Shown here piece by piece: positions 28,757 through 42,279 of a DNA stretch of 64,000 nucleotides (position 1 is the first letter of the stretch; the number at the start of each line of letters is the position of its first letter). The stretch is taken from assembly GCA_009914755.4 (NCBI GenBank), contig CP068257.2, positions 35,968,001 through 36,032,000 of the forward strand. Direction: 5' to 3'. Made by a program: the position numbers and the translations under genes. This stretch comes from the human T2T-CHM13v2.0 reference genome, Homo sapiens. The notes under the pieces are model-generated. The model ran no database searches and was not told the origin of the DNA. It was given only the letters and a program-made list of their open reading frames with translations.

Positions 28757-29245
28757 AGAGTGTGTGTGTGTGTGTGTGTGTATCTGTGTGTGTGCGTATG
28801 CATGTGTCTGTGTCTGTGTGAGTATGCGTGTATCTCTGTGTGTATGCATGTGTCTGTGTGTCTGCGTGTGTGTGTATGCATGTGTCTGTGTGCGTGTATG
28901 CGTGTGTGTGTATGCATGTCTCTGTATGCATGTGTGTATGCATGTCTGTGTATGTGTGTGTGTGTATGCGTGTGTGTATGCATGTGTCTCTGTGTATGCA
29001 TGTCTGTGTATGCATGTCTGTGTATGCGTGTGTGTATGCATGTGTCTGTGTATGCGCGTGTGTGTATGCATGTGTCTCTATGCGTGTGTGTATGCATGTC
29101 TTGGTGTGTGTATGCATGTGCATGTATGTGTGTGTGTGTATGTGCATGTCTCTGTATGTGTGTATGCATGTGTCTGTGTGTATGTGTGTGTGTATGCATG
29201 TGTCTGTGTGTGTATTTGTGTGTGTGTATGTGTGTGTGTTATGTA
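28757..29245. repeat. Complex (GT)n-rich repeat / minisatellite, ~490 bp (units like gtgtatgcatgtgtctgtgt)
   Basis: Almost uninterrupted alternating purine-pyrimidine sequence with recurring 'tatgcatgtgtctgtg' units. Generates the spurious Cys/His/Thr-rich ORFs 28694..29413 on both strands. Confidence 0.9.
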
Positions 29246-29651
29246 GGGAGAGGGTGCTTATATTGTTACTGTGTTACTTATGAAGGACTGGGGACATTAT
29301 TGTTGCATAGTGTAACATTCAGAGGAATCCTCATTCTTCTAGAAAAGGAAAAAATCTCTATGAAGGTGCACACAGGGAGGAACCATGTGATAACAGGCCA
29401 CATGTTTTGTTGATGCCTGTTGTCACAGAATTAGAAAATACACAGAAGAAATTCTTACAGTGCAGTTGTCGAGATTGCGGAAAGTTCTCATCTACCCTCT
29501 AATGCCCCATGAGACACAGCAAGCTGACCAGGTAAACTATGGACCCTGGGATCTTGTTAGGCCTGACTCCCACAGTGTGGGCATGGTTCAGGGATTTGAA
29601 TATTAATGTCCTCTTTCTGAAATCAGACCCTCGACTGACATTCCCAGCATT

Positions 29652-29791
29652 TTTTTTTTTTTTTTTTTTTTTGAGACGGAGTCTCGCTCTGTCGCCCAGG
29701 TCGGACTGCGGACTGCAGTGGCGCAATCTCGGCTCACTGCAAGCTCCGCTTCCCGGGTTCACGCCATTCTCCTGCCTCAGCCTCCCGAGTA
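29652..29791 (-). mobile_element. Alu 3'-portion (5'-truncated insertion), antisense, with 9-bp TSD
   Basis: Poly-T 29652-29672, then 'gagacggagtctcgctctgtcgcccagg…gcctcagcctcccgagta'. TSD 'cccagcatt' at 29643-29651 and 29792-29800. Confidence 0.8.
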
Positions 29792-31329
29792 CCCAGCATT
29801 CTTAAGCAGTACCATGTCCAGAATTTCTCCAGGGTTTGTGTTCAGTACGGTGGCTGCAGAATTGTTACTGGTGAGCAGAGTTTATTCTTGCCTGGTCCAT
29901 GGGGCCAGACTAAATTGAGCTCTGAAAGTTTCAGTGGTAAATTCCACTTTACCTTTTATGCCAATATAGGGGAGTCTATTCTCAAGTTCAAAGCCAAATG
30001 GAAAATGGCAAGTTCAAGAAGAAATAGTATTCTGGAACTTTGCTCTGGGGGCAAAAATGAGTATTTCTGATTTGAAATCAGGTTTTCTGAAAGAATCCAT
30101 AAGTAAATTTTAAAATTGCTTTTGTTTATATTTGTGCTTATTAAAACACTCCCTGTTCTGGACCAATCTTAATCTTCTAGGCAGAATTTATTTAGTGTTA
30201 AGAAAATGGCAACTCTTTGGACATCTGTTACATGGGATAATACAAAAATAATTTCGAAAATTTTTTAAAGGCAAATGTGACTGGAGTGTGGGCATGAGTG
30301 TGATATGAGGATGATGGCTTGAAGAAGAGCCTTTTAAGAAGCAATTTGGCCACCTAAGTGCATCCCATCTTAGGAAGAAAGGATGGGAATACCCCAGACC
30401 TGGCGTGCGGAGGGAGCTCCTGGGTGCTGGGTCCTACTCCACATTGCCTTGGGTTCTCCCAAGGCTGTCTGCAGGTGGAGCAGCCCTAGGGACCCTCCGC
30501 CCCATGGGGCCTCTGCCAGGTCTCCTCGAGCCTGCGGGAGAGTGGTCCACACTGAGAGGCTGGGAGTTACCATGGCAGCCAAGCACATCCTCGGTAACCA
30601 GGCACCCACAAGTGCTGGGAGTTTCCCCAGAGTACAGTCTGTGCAGACAGTGGGAAAGGAAAGAGCACTTTGCCAACACAGGCAGACACTTGGGGAGTCA
30701 ATCATTTTGGAATCCTATGAACTTGTGAGTTCACTGTTGTCTCTGTGTGGCTCTTGGTTAAGACGAGGAAGCACTGGGCTGAATAAAGATGTTCAGGAGC
30801 TTCTTTGGCAAGCTGGTCCCCTAATGGCATGCTGCAAAGGACAAGAAGATCCCACTGGACCAGTCCAGCTGTCCTTTCAGCACAAGACCTAACTTTATGC
30901 TGCTCTCGTCAGTTACCGGGCTGAGACCATGTATACGCCCAACCATCACTCATAGACTCTCTGGGCAATTATGAAGCAGGAACAAAATGTACTTTTATAT
31001 ATATATATATGGTTAGACTCTGAACATATACGCTCGGTTAAAATTGGTGGTGGCTATTAAGTGGTAAGGAATAGGACTAACCCCAATAATAGGTTGCTGG
31101 ATTGTGGATGCTCAAAAATGATATTAACCTTCCAACGGGGGTGCCAGGAAAAGTGAAGTTTTCATGGTGAGATGAGGGAGCAAATTAAGAGAGAGCAGCT
31201 GGGGGGAATGGTTGGCTGACAATCTGCCATCACCCGAAAGCTGTGTGGGCACCAGGAGACAGCATAAGTTGTGTCTGTCAGTGCTGCAATGCAGAGTTCC
31301 TTGCAGATAATAACGGGACTTGAAATTGA

Positions 31330-31888
<559 letters not shown>

Positions 31889-34502
31889 TTGTGAGATTTC
31901 TTAGCCAGGGTGGGATTCTATTGGTTGTGGGGTGGCTCAAACAAACCAAACTCCCAGCCTTACTCAAAAAGAGGGACCAGGTCAGACTATCTGGAGAGAG
32001 TTCTGCCATTGGCCCGATGACTGAGTCTGTGCCCACGGCATCGTGATACCAAAACGTGAGACTTCCTAGAGAAAAGAGAATTAGATATGTCATGAAAAAG
32101 AAAAGCACTGAGATCATCACCATGAGAAAATCAGAACTTTTGGGGATTTCCTTACCCTGACTCCATTTATTTTACTTGGACTTTCACATGGGAGGGCACC
32201 CCTGTGCTTAGCAGATGCTAAAGGTCTTAATTTAGTCATCATTCCTGACCCAGGGAGGTGCTCTGTGGGGTCAAGGGTGTGGGGCAAGTTAAGCTTGAAA
32301 GATACAGGGTCCCCCGGAAGATACTTCTAGGGGGTCATTGTCCAGATGGGCAAGAGCCAGACCCTGCAGGGAGAAGCTCCCCTAGAGAGACCTCAGTGGG
32401 TGGGCATGGCTGAGGATTTTGTTCTGCCCAAGTCTGAGCTACGGGAGGGTATTTCTCATACCCATGCCCACAGTCAGCAATGCTGAGAGATGATGTCAGG
32501 GCGATGCCCATGATGGCCGGATCTGAGGACAGTGCTCCTTCCCCTCTTCTAAGAAGACTGGCTGAAGACCCAGAGGTTTGGGTAATGCACGGCTGACCGA
32601 AACTCTGATCTCTGCACTCCAGTTGATCGAGTTCTACTAGTTGTGTTTAGTGATAAGACCCAAGACTGACATACTCCATAAGGCATTCAGCCTGGACTAG
32701 GCTCTTTGTAGCCAAAAGTCTGCTCCTAGGCTCCTGGAAGACCTTGCCCTTTTGCTTGAATGTTTTGTGATTTCTATCAGAGTTTTAGAAACGATGATGA
32801 TTACATGTTTATTTCACTAGTGCTTGTTGGTAGCAGATATTTACATTGCCTGAGAAAAACAGCCCTTCATATTCTTATAAAGATTGGCTTAGTTGATATC
32901 ACAGTATTGATGATCGGTGTTAAAACAATGGGCACTGAGCCTTAATCTTGAAATGGGCAATTACACAAAGTCGGTAGGAACATTTCATTCTCTGAAATCA
33001 AGATCTGTTTACTATGTGGCCACAATTCTCCGGCCAACCACAGTGCATGTTGGGATTTGCGTCTAGGGGGTATAGTGTCTAAAAATAACTCTATAAATAC
33101 CGTTTTCATCAGTGATAAATCTAATCTCCATCACTTAATCATGTTGACCACCCCAGTGAAATATTTTTGTGTGCCTTTAAAGTATTTTGCCTTCCTTTTC
33201 CTAGGACTCTCTTATTGAATTAGGTGGATACATGAAGCTTTCTTTTACCAAGGCAATGAGGCCAAGTAAAAGTTTGACTCCTTTTACATTTATTTAAGTT
33301 TTATGGTGTTGAACTTTGAGATTTGTTTCCTCCCACTTAGTTGTTTCCTCCCACTCTTCCATGCAGTTGAAGGGTCACAAGCTTTTTCCATGATCTATAT
33401 TGTAGATACCATTACCTACTTAGTTTCAGACGCAGGATCAAATCCATCCTTTATCTGTCGACAATATAACAACATCACAATGATTTGTTACATTGTTACT
33501 TTTTTTTCTTTCTCATCTGATTTCCAGGAAAGCACTCATAAGAGAACTTGATATGTTTTTCCATAGAACTAAAAAGATAAGGAACCTAGCTTGGCTGACT
33601 ACCTCTGGCATTAGAAATGCTTCCTTAGAAGACAAGGGAGTTCAGCTTAGTGACACAAAGAATGCCATTTAATATTGACTCATCTAAAAACCCCAAGGTC
33701 TGGACTTTTTCCATCCATTATGTCTGTAATTACCAATCTTTGTCTTTGCTTCAGACTCAGAAAGCGCAAGAAATCCAACAACCCTTTACTATACTTCCGT
33801 GTCTCCCTGAGCTCTTTTCAAAGGACCTTTTGGTTTTCCATAAGAAGCATTTAGTTCTTTAATTACACATTAAACTTCTAGCTTAGTGGCTAGAGAGAGC
33901 AAAAACTAGCGCAATTAAACATGAGCTAGTTCCAGGTTCACGTTCATCACCTTGATCAGTTGTAAACTGTAGGCTAGAGAAAACTAGCAAGAAAACAGAG
34001 GGAGACATCTGGGCCACCTATTTAACTCTCCTCCAAGAGAGCCTAAGAGAGAAGCCATGTGGAGGAGCGAGGCGGGTTTGATGTGTGGCAACCACTGCAG
34101 GTCTGGGCTGCTTTGCTGAGCAGAGACTGGCAGCCTGAGCTATGTACATCATCCAACGCCTGAGGGTGCCACTGAAGCAATATTTCAGCGGCTGGGCTGG
34201 GAATGCCCATTTCTCTGTAGTTCATTAAGGAGTAATTTTACTGTATCCACTTTCTGAGTTGACCGCTAGATCCTGGCTGGCTGTTGACTCTATTTGCCAC
34301 TCTGGAGGAATGGCATGAAAAGGAAGGATTCTTCCTTTGAGACCCTAACTGAATGACTGGGCTCTCTAAGTCTTGTGAAGCAGTTGTCTCTTTGACAACC
34401 GAAAAAAAAGAGTTATGTTATTTTGAACAGACTTATGAGTGACTTCAATAATTTATGCTAGAAAAAAAGTCATTCTTCTATATTGCCTAGGACTCTCTTA
34501 AG

Positions 34503-34608
34503 AGTACAGTACAATATTTCATAGTACTTAGTACTCTTACATACTATTATTAATAGTACTATTACTAGTACTTAATAGTACCAATAGTACTTAACAGTAC
34601 AGTACAGG
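34503..34608. repeat. (TAGTAC)-like low-complexity tandem repeat
   Basis: 'agtacagtacaatatttcatagtacttagtactcttacatactattattaatagtactattactagtacttaatagtaccaatagtacttaacagtacagtaca'. Confidence 0.5.
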
Positions 34609-34609
34609 G

Positions 34610-34945
34610 GTCAGCAAACTTTTTTTATACAGGGCCAGATAGTAAATATTTCAATCTTTGCTGGCCACACGGTCTCTGTTGTAATTACTCAGCTCTGTGA
34701 GTGCATGTGGAAGCAGCCATAGGCAATACACAGACAAATGGCTGTGGCTGTGTTCCAATAAAACTTTGTTTGTGGACATTGAAATTTGAATTTAGGATGA
34801 TTTTCACATGTCTCAAAATATTCTTCTTTTCTTTTTTTTCCCCCAATTATTAAAAAATGTAAAAATTGCTCTTAGCTCACAAGTGGTACAATAACAGGCA
34901 GCAGGCCAGATTTTTTTTTTTTTTAGCAGATTTGGTTTGCTGAAA
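34610..34945 (+). mobile_element. hAT-type non-autonomous DNA transposon (MER58-like)
   Basis: 'ggtcagcaaacttttttatacagggccagatagtaaatatttc…gctgtgttccaataaaactttgtttg' resembles the MER58/Charlie-type MITE consensus (…GGCCAGATAGTAAATATTT…GTTCCAATAAAACTTTATTT…). Distal end unclear. Confidence 0.35.
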
Positions 34946-37900
34946 TTTTTTGTAGTAAAAATAGCCCACAGCTTAGGGCCCTGTGACCTGGATTTGAGAC
35001 AAGGAGCTATGATTCACTGGCCTTTAAACTTGGCCAATTTGCCCAAACCCTAGTTTTCCCTCTATAAAATGTAAATTATAATACTCAACCTCTCATGGTG
35101 AATTAGAATGAAATAAGATAATTTGTACAAGTGCTCTTAATGCTCTCAAACACCACACCATGTTGGGTAAAATATTGTTGGGTTATTATTATATATTCTG
35201 TGATTTATCAAAATCTCTTAGCAGCCTTCTGACAGAATTTTGACTTCTAGATGACACTCTGCATCTAAAGCACTCAAGACATTAAAGGCAGAAATATTAG
35301 GAAGAGGCGTGCTTTACTCAATTTTAAATTAAAGGCTAACATTTTCTTAGATACCGGTTGGCCATAAAGTTCAGAAACAAGATAATGTTATTTTAGTGTA
35401 TTGTAAAGTAATATCAATGAATCATCTATTATGTATATGTTACCTATGTTTTTCAATGTTAAAGCCATCCATTGAAAGGAAATCATCCTTGAAGATAATG
35501 TTTACAATATATAGAGGACACTGAACTTTCAACTACCTTCCTGACATTTTTAAATCATACAGAGTATCACCCAAGTCAAGGAAAGAAAGACTGAAGAGTA
35601 GCCAGACTATTAGCAAACTGTTTTGGAAATGATTTACTATGAGTATTTTAATTGTATTCTCTCAGCAAATCAAATGATTTCCCATTCTTCTGGTGAGTTC
35701 AGGTAGTTTTCTAATAGCATTCTTATGCCCCCTTTCTCTGTCCACCAGTTCCCACCTTTGTAAGCAGTTTCTAAATATCCCAAAGACACTGGCTTAAATC
35801 TAAATAAAAAAGCAAAGGGGAAAAAAGTAAGAAAACTGAAATGTAAGAAAATGTAGGGATGGAAAGCATAAGAATGTTGCTCTGGAGAATTCAAAATTTA
35901 GACTATTAAATGAAGTCATGAATAATTTTTAAATTGGAGTGCAGTGAAAAATAGACATTTCAGAGCCCTAGCTTGGTTAGACCTGCAAGAGAAAATTGTG
36001 CTTAAGAAATAGGTTGACATTTGCAGCTGGATTTCTGTTAGGGAACATAAGGTACTGAACTAAAACAATAGAATTGGAACTGGAGAACCAGGGAAACAGC
36101 AAAGGATGGGGATAGATGGAAGAACGGAGTGGGGGAAGAGAGAGTTCTGCCTCATGGACATAGAGGGGATATATGCTGGAACAACCAGGCTGGAAGGCCA
36201 TGTTTGAAGGAACAGAAAAGTTGACATTTGCTATGTTAATGTAAAAGAGTATAGCTTACCCAGGGGACAGCTAAAACAGAAATGATTTTATTGGTTCCAT
36301 AAAGTTGATTTATAAATGAATGGGTGCTCTTCCAGTTGGAGAGCACGTTGGGGTGGGTGGAGGTGAGAATCCGAGGAACTCAGCAGCCTTGTGGTGGGGG
36401 GTCATGCTTGCAGCTGAACCTGCCCTTCCATCCAGGAGCACTTTGTTCTGTCAAATTGGGGTCAACTGTGGCAAACCATAACCCTTAAATTCCAAATTCT
36501 TATCTGGCTCACGGATCCCACCATGCTTTATGGAAAAATGACTCAAATACATTAACCAAACAGACCAAAGGATCTAGTTGAGAGTGATCTTCATTAGTTA
36601 TGGATACTGTTGTATTAAAAGAGACTTTTAAAAAATTCTCATTGCACTTGGTTTGCTAATGGAGTGACTGAGGGAATGAGGACTGGATATTGCGGAATAG
36701 AATGAGTGGAAATTGTGGGGTCAATTTTGTTGAGCTGTCTTAATGGAAAACACCATTCACTCACTACTCGCTGCTTAGAAAATCAGTCTCAATGAACTTT
36801 CAGTTCCAAATTTTAACAGTTGACACAAAATACACTGTTAAACTGTGTTAACAACTGTAGAAAAATAGACATGTTTGATAGGGACATTCTAGTAAAAGGT
36901 TCTTCAGGAGCATCCCCATGTAAAGATTCAGAGGCTCACATTACAAAAACGAGATTTGGTTCAAGTTCTGTCTCCAACTACATTGACAACAAAGACAGTG
37001 AGAAACAGGGAGAGACCTCACATCTGGGTGCCCGTCACAGACACAGAACTGACAGGTGCACGTGGCCAACGTGTTGTCAAGGCTCTTCGTTCAGTTGTGC
37101 TAAAGGGCAGGCAAGCAGGGATGAGGCCCTGAGCTGCTTGCTCTTCCAACCAGACACGGGGGTGTGCGCTGTCCTTTAAACCTTAGCAATGGAATTAAAA
37201 AGGCCCAGTGAGTCTTCAAGAGCTAAATTAGAAGACATTTTGCCGCCCCTATTCCATCTTGTTTTGTGCCTGCCATGGCCTGCCCTGCGACCCTGGCAAG
37301 GTTGCAGGGGAGCTCCCCAAGCCAAGAGTGCCCTTCATTAGGCTGCAGAGAGGTCAAGCCATGGCTCCTCCCCGCAGCCTCAAGGGGAGTGTATCGAGCT
37401 TCCTCCTCCCGGACCACCACCTCCTTCTTAGAGTGTGCGAAATAAAGAAATGATTCAACAGAGATTCAATGCAAAAAAGGAAATGCTGGCAAACAGGAAA
37501 GGGCTATAGCCAACAGTTTTGTTTTCCTTAAAGTCAGTGCCAAGAGGCAGTTGTCCTGATCCAAGGTCTCTGAGATGGGAGAAGAGAGGCCCCGAGGTTA
37601 TATTTAGGAGCCACTTTCCTTATCCTGGGACTTCTTTTTTAGTAGACAAGGTCCCCAGACTACACCAAAGGCCTGTGCGATCAGGTCAGGGAAGGCAAGG
37701 GAAACAAAGAGGGACAGCTAGTTTGATCTCTTTGACCTCCATGGTGCAGAGCCTCAAACTGAGCACAGCTGTAGGAGCTGAAAATAAACTTGGATCCATT
37801 CAATGAATATTTATGATGGGCAACTGTGTTAAAGAACAAACAGCTTATAAATGCAAAGTGAATGTGAAAGATCTGTAACAGTGCAAAATCTCCACCTGCC

Positions 37901-37970
37901 CCGGAGGTTTGATCTAAGATTTGTTTCCTTATTTTTTTCATTTTAAAATTCAGATTTCCAGTACAAATAC

Positions 37971-38027
37971 CCTTCCTTCCTTCCTTCCTTCCTCCCTCCC
38001 TTCCTCCCTTCTTTCCTTTTTGCAGAT
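37971..38027. repeat. (CCTT)n / (CCCT)n microsatellite
   Basis: 'ccttccttccttccttccttcctccctcccttcctcccttctttcc'. Confidence 0.8.
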
Positions 38028-38957
38028 TAAAGTGAATTAAGGCTGGAATTTTTTTATTTGTTTTCTTTTGATTGACAGACACTGGATTTGATTTCTAGCC
38101 TGTGGCATACTCTAGAGACATTTCTTAGACAATCATCAAGATTGTTGATCTAATCTTTGAATACTGAACTCTGGTCATTTCAAAATAATAAAAGATCACA
38201 ATGCAAGAAATGCTGATGGATAAGCCCCAGGGACAGGCGAGATGTCATTCTCAGAAAGCCAGATAGAGTCAAAGTGAGAGGTCGATGATTATAATGCATG
38301 CCACTCACTACATGCCTTTGTGAATTTCACGGCTTTAGACCCAAACCATCTTCTGCTAACTTACCATGTCTCATTGTAAGAGTGTAGAGAAACTACAGCT
38401 GGAGAATCAATGGTTTTGCAGAAAAGTTTCCTAAATTATTGTACTACAAAGGGCAAGAGCTCATGTGAAAAGTAAAAACATACCTTTGGTGACAGGCTAG
38501 AGAATATTTCCTTCCTGGTATTCCCCCTCCTCCAGGCCAGTTAGTGAGGCCCTTGTTATCTTTTAAAAAAAGACATCTGTTTTGTAACATTTCACAGTAT
38601 ATCAGCATATTGGTGGTGGGTTTTGCCATCTACCAGACCTCTCAATTTCCCCCAGACCTATGGCTTGTTGGATTCAATGAAAGGATCCGTGTGGGAACAG
38701 TGAGGTACCCTAACGTCTGCCAGTCTGAGACACAAACAAAGGCCATGCACTGAAGGGCCAGCCGTCAACTGGATCAAAATAACCTGGAAAACACAGACAT
38801 CAAAACAGAAATGCCTACTGCATGTTAGGAATCTTTCTTTCTTTCTTTTTTTTTTTGCTTCTTATTTCTAAAGTTATATATCTAAACCTACATTAATGAT
38901 ACATCTATGTACAGTATTTAGCAGTTCTGTTCTATGGTACTTTTGTACATGCTGGGT

Positions 38958-39528
38958 TTTATTACTAATTACAAAAAGAAAATAATTACATAAGGCATAT
39001 ATATGTACAGTGGTTTGTCTTCAGCTCACCTGGGCCCTGTAACTGCCACACCCACATGGGGGCAAGCACCTCACCCTGTAGTAGATGAAATGAATTGGGA
39101 TCCATAAAACTGAGGGCTCCACTCTGTGTCTCACTGAATGAATAAATAGGCACCAGAAACCTTGCTTGTCATATCCCAGGTAAAATCTTTGACACACCTT
39201 TTTGAGTGATCTGGTATTGTACAACACATGCAGGTAAGTAACTGAAATCTCCAGGAGTTGGATGTGTAGTATTTTGGGAGGAGACCAGGCTTGGGCCACA
39301 AATGAGGGCACTTTGCACTTTCATCAAATCCATGTCTACCTTGTCAATCTGAATAACTGAGAGAGGGCAGGTAGATATTTTACACCTTGAAGATTTGTTT
39401 TCTGGTCATGTAAAAATTAAATATAAACAAATAAAGAACAAAGCAAGAGAGACAGAAAAAGAAAGAGAATGAGAGACAAGGAAAGATTGTGTTGGGGGGA
39501 GAAGAGAAGGGTTTGCCCAGCTAGGGCA
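38958..39528 (-). other. KCNJ6: Proximal 3'UTR of the KCNJ6-like transcript (minimum extent: stop codon to the first canonical AATAAA on the minus strand)
   Basis: Sequence directly downstream (on the minus strand) of the TAG at 39529-39531. The first minus-strand AATAAA ('tttatt' on +) is at 38958-38963, about 570 nt after the stop. The true 3' end is not determinable from sequence; the UTR may extend much further. Confidence 0.5.
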
Positions 39529-39915
<387 letters not shown>

Positions 39916-40452
39916 TCACAGAGAGCCAGGAGGAGTACTGCATGCAGCTGTTGAGACTGACCTGCATACGATGCCACACTTAGTAGGTGTCATTCATGTT
40001 GTAGACACATGCTAATGTGCCATGGAGATTCCAGGCCTCTTAAGGGAGTCCTGGGGAACAATGAGAGAGTCCTGGCCCACATCAAGCCACATTTGCCTGC
40101 ATGGCCATGCACATGCAAAGGAAATCAAGTGTGCAAATGCACACAAGTTTTCGCATGTGCATGGCTATGTCTGGTCCACTCTGCTCTGGGAGAACCCTGA
40201 AGCCATGACTCTGGCCTCCTACTGCTCTTGGAGGTTTAGCCTGGGTTCTAATGGGATTTGAGCTCTTTGGCCACAGACTTAGAATGAAATTTCATATATG
40301 GAACTACACTTAGGCTGCTTTTAAGCTAGAGGCCACAGATCAGTGTTACCCTCCCACCTGCCATTAACACACAGGCCATGACTGTGGCTCCAGATGCAGT
40401 TGGAAGGGTCACCCACCTGAATTTGCACTTTACTTAGGCCCAGTGGTCATAG

Positions 40453-40802
<350 letters not shown>

Positions 40803-42279
40803 CACTTTTCCCTTTTCTTAAAGATAAGAAGCCTTTTTGTAATTTGCATAAAAGCACCACGTGAGCTACCAGCAGCCCTGGAGTCAGGAAGTAGCTTTCT
40901 CTTAAATATGAAATGGCAGAATGAGGAAAAGTCCAGCCACCTCCTTGGAAAATAAAAATAGGCAACAAGTGTGGCATAAGATATGAGAAATGACACGTGT
41001 GGTTTTTTAAAATTTTTTTCTGAGGTCAAAGAAATCTTTTATACAAATTCTCAGGAAATGAAAACATTCATTCAGTCATTAATCCAGGGCTGACTTCTCC
41101 ATTAGGCAAAAAGGCGTGGTGTCTATGGCCCATGATACTTTTAGAGGCCCGTGAAAATGTTTTAACTCTTTTAAAATCAGAAAAAGATAAACTTTTAGAT
41201 GGAATGGTAATATATTTATCTTTATGCCAACACAGTTGTAAAATATAACTTAAAACATTTTTTTAATGGGGCAAGGGGCTTACAAAGGCAAGCTCACCAG
41301 GGACTCATGAATATAATACTGTGGCCCTGTGTCCATTCAGGAGAGCAGCCAGCCAGCCAGTCAGTATGTCATCTGTTAGGACCACCAATAAGTATTACGC
41401 AGCTGCTTTGTGCTGAATGCAGGTGGATTAGGGAGAAGAGAATACCTGTGAATGTTTACACAGAAGGATCCAGAGCTACACAACATTCCTGCAGCACTGC
41501 ATTTGCTCCTTGTGTCTAGAAGAAGAAACTGGGGTGCCAGGGACCTATGTGGTTGACTCAGCTACAGCTGTCAGAGCCTGAGCCAGCACCAGCCCTCACG
41601 CCAGCTCTGTGCTCTTCCTCTTAATCTCAAAACCGAAATGTGACCCTTTTTCAATGTTTCCCTGAATGACCCACAGAAGCCCCGCCTTTATGCCTCTAAA
41701 ACAAACATTGCAGGGCTTTTAGGTATTAGGAAAAAAAAGGTCAACACTGATTTGATTTTACTTCTCAAACAACGTTTCTCTTCTGAATTATTTTCTTTAT
41801 CTGTGCTTGAGGGTGGGGTGAAGACAGGTGATGGCAGTGATATGTGGGCTCAGAATGAGAAACAAACAGGAAGTCAAGAGGAAAAGGTGATCCAATAACT
41901 CTTTTTCCACCAAGGAAGTACATGTTTATGGTAAAGTGGCTAGAAAATAGGGCTGTGATAACAGTTGGGGAAAATAGCAAGCTAATCAAAGAACAAAAAG
42001 AAATTCTGGGGAAAGAGGTTCACAGGGAGCTTTGGAAAGCTCTGACATATTCCTGAGAAACTAGAAGACCACATGCATGTGTAAGGCTGTGCACATGCCC
42101 AAGAAAAACCAGAGAAGGCCCTGAGCTCTCACTTCTGGTTGACACCGAGTCTCTGTGCAAGTAGGAGGTGAAGGTTAATGCAGTTGTAAAGTGCCTGACT
42201 GAATGTTGAAGGCACGTCCCACCATGTGCATAGAGACCCTTGACAAAGACTGGGAGATTTTTGGTTACTGGCTCTTAAG

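Noticed and set aside
28694-29413. Several long overlapping ORFs (125-222 aa) rich in Cys/His/Thr/Met on both strands
   Set aside because: They are translations of the (GT)n/(ATGCATGTGT) complex microsatellite. Every frame of an alternating pur-pyr repeat lacks stops. There is no protein homology and no complexity.
37681-38082. 133-aa minus-strand ORF
   Set aside because: It runs through the (CCTT)n microsatellite and AT-rich low-complexity sequence. It has no homology and no splice or codon signal.
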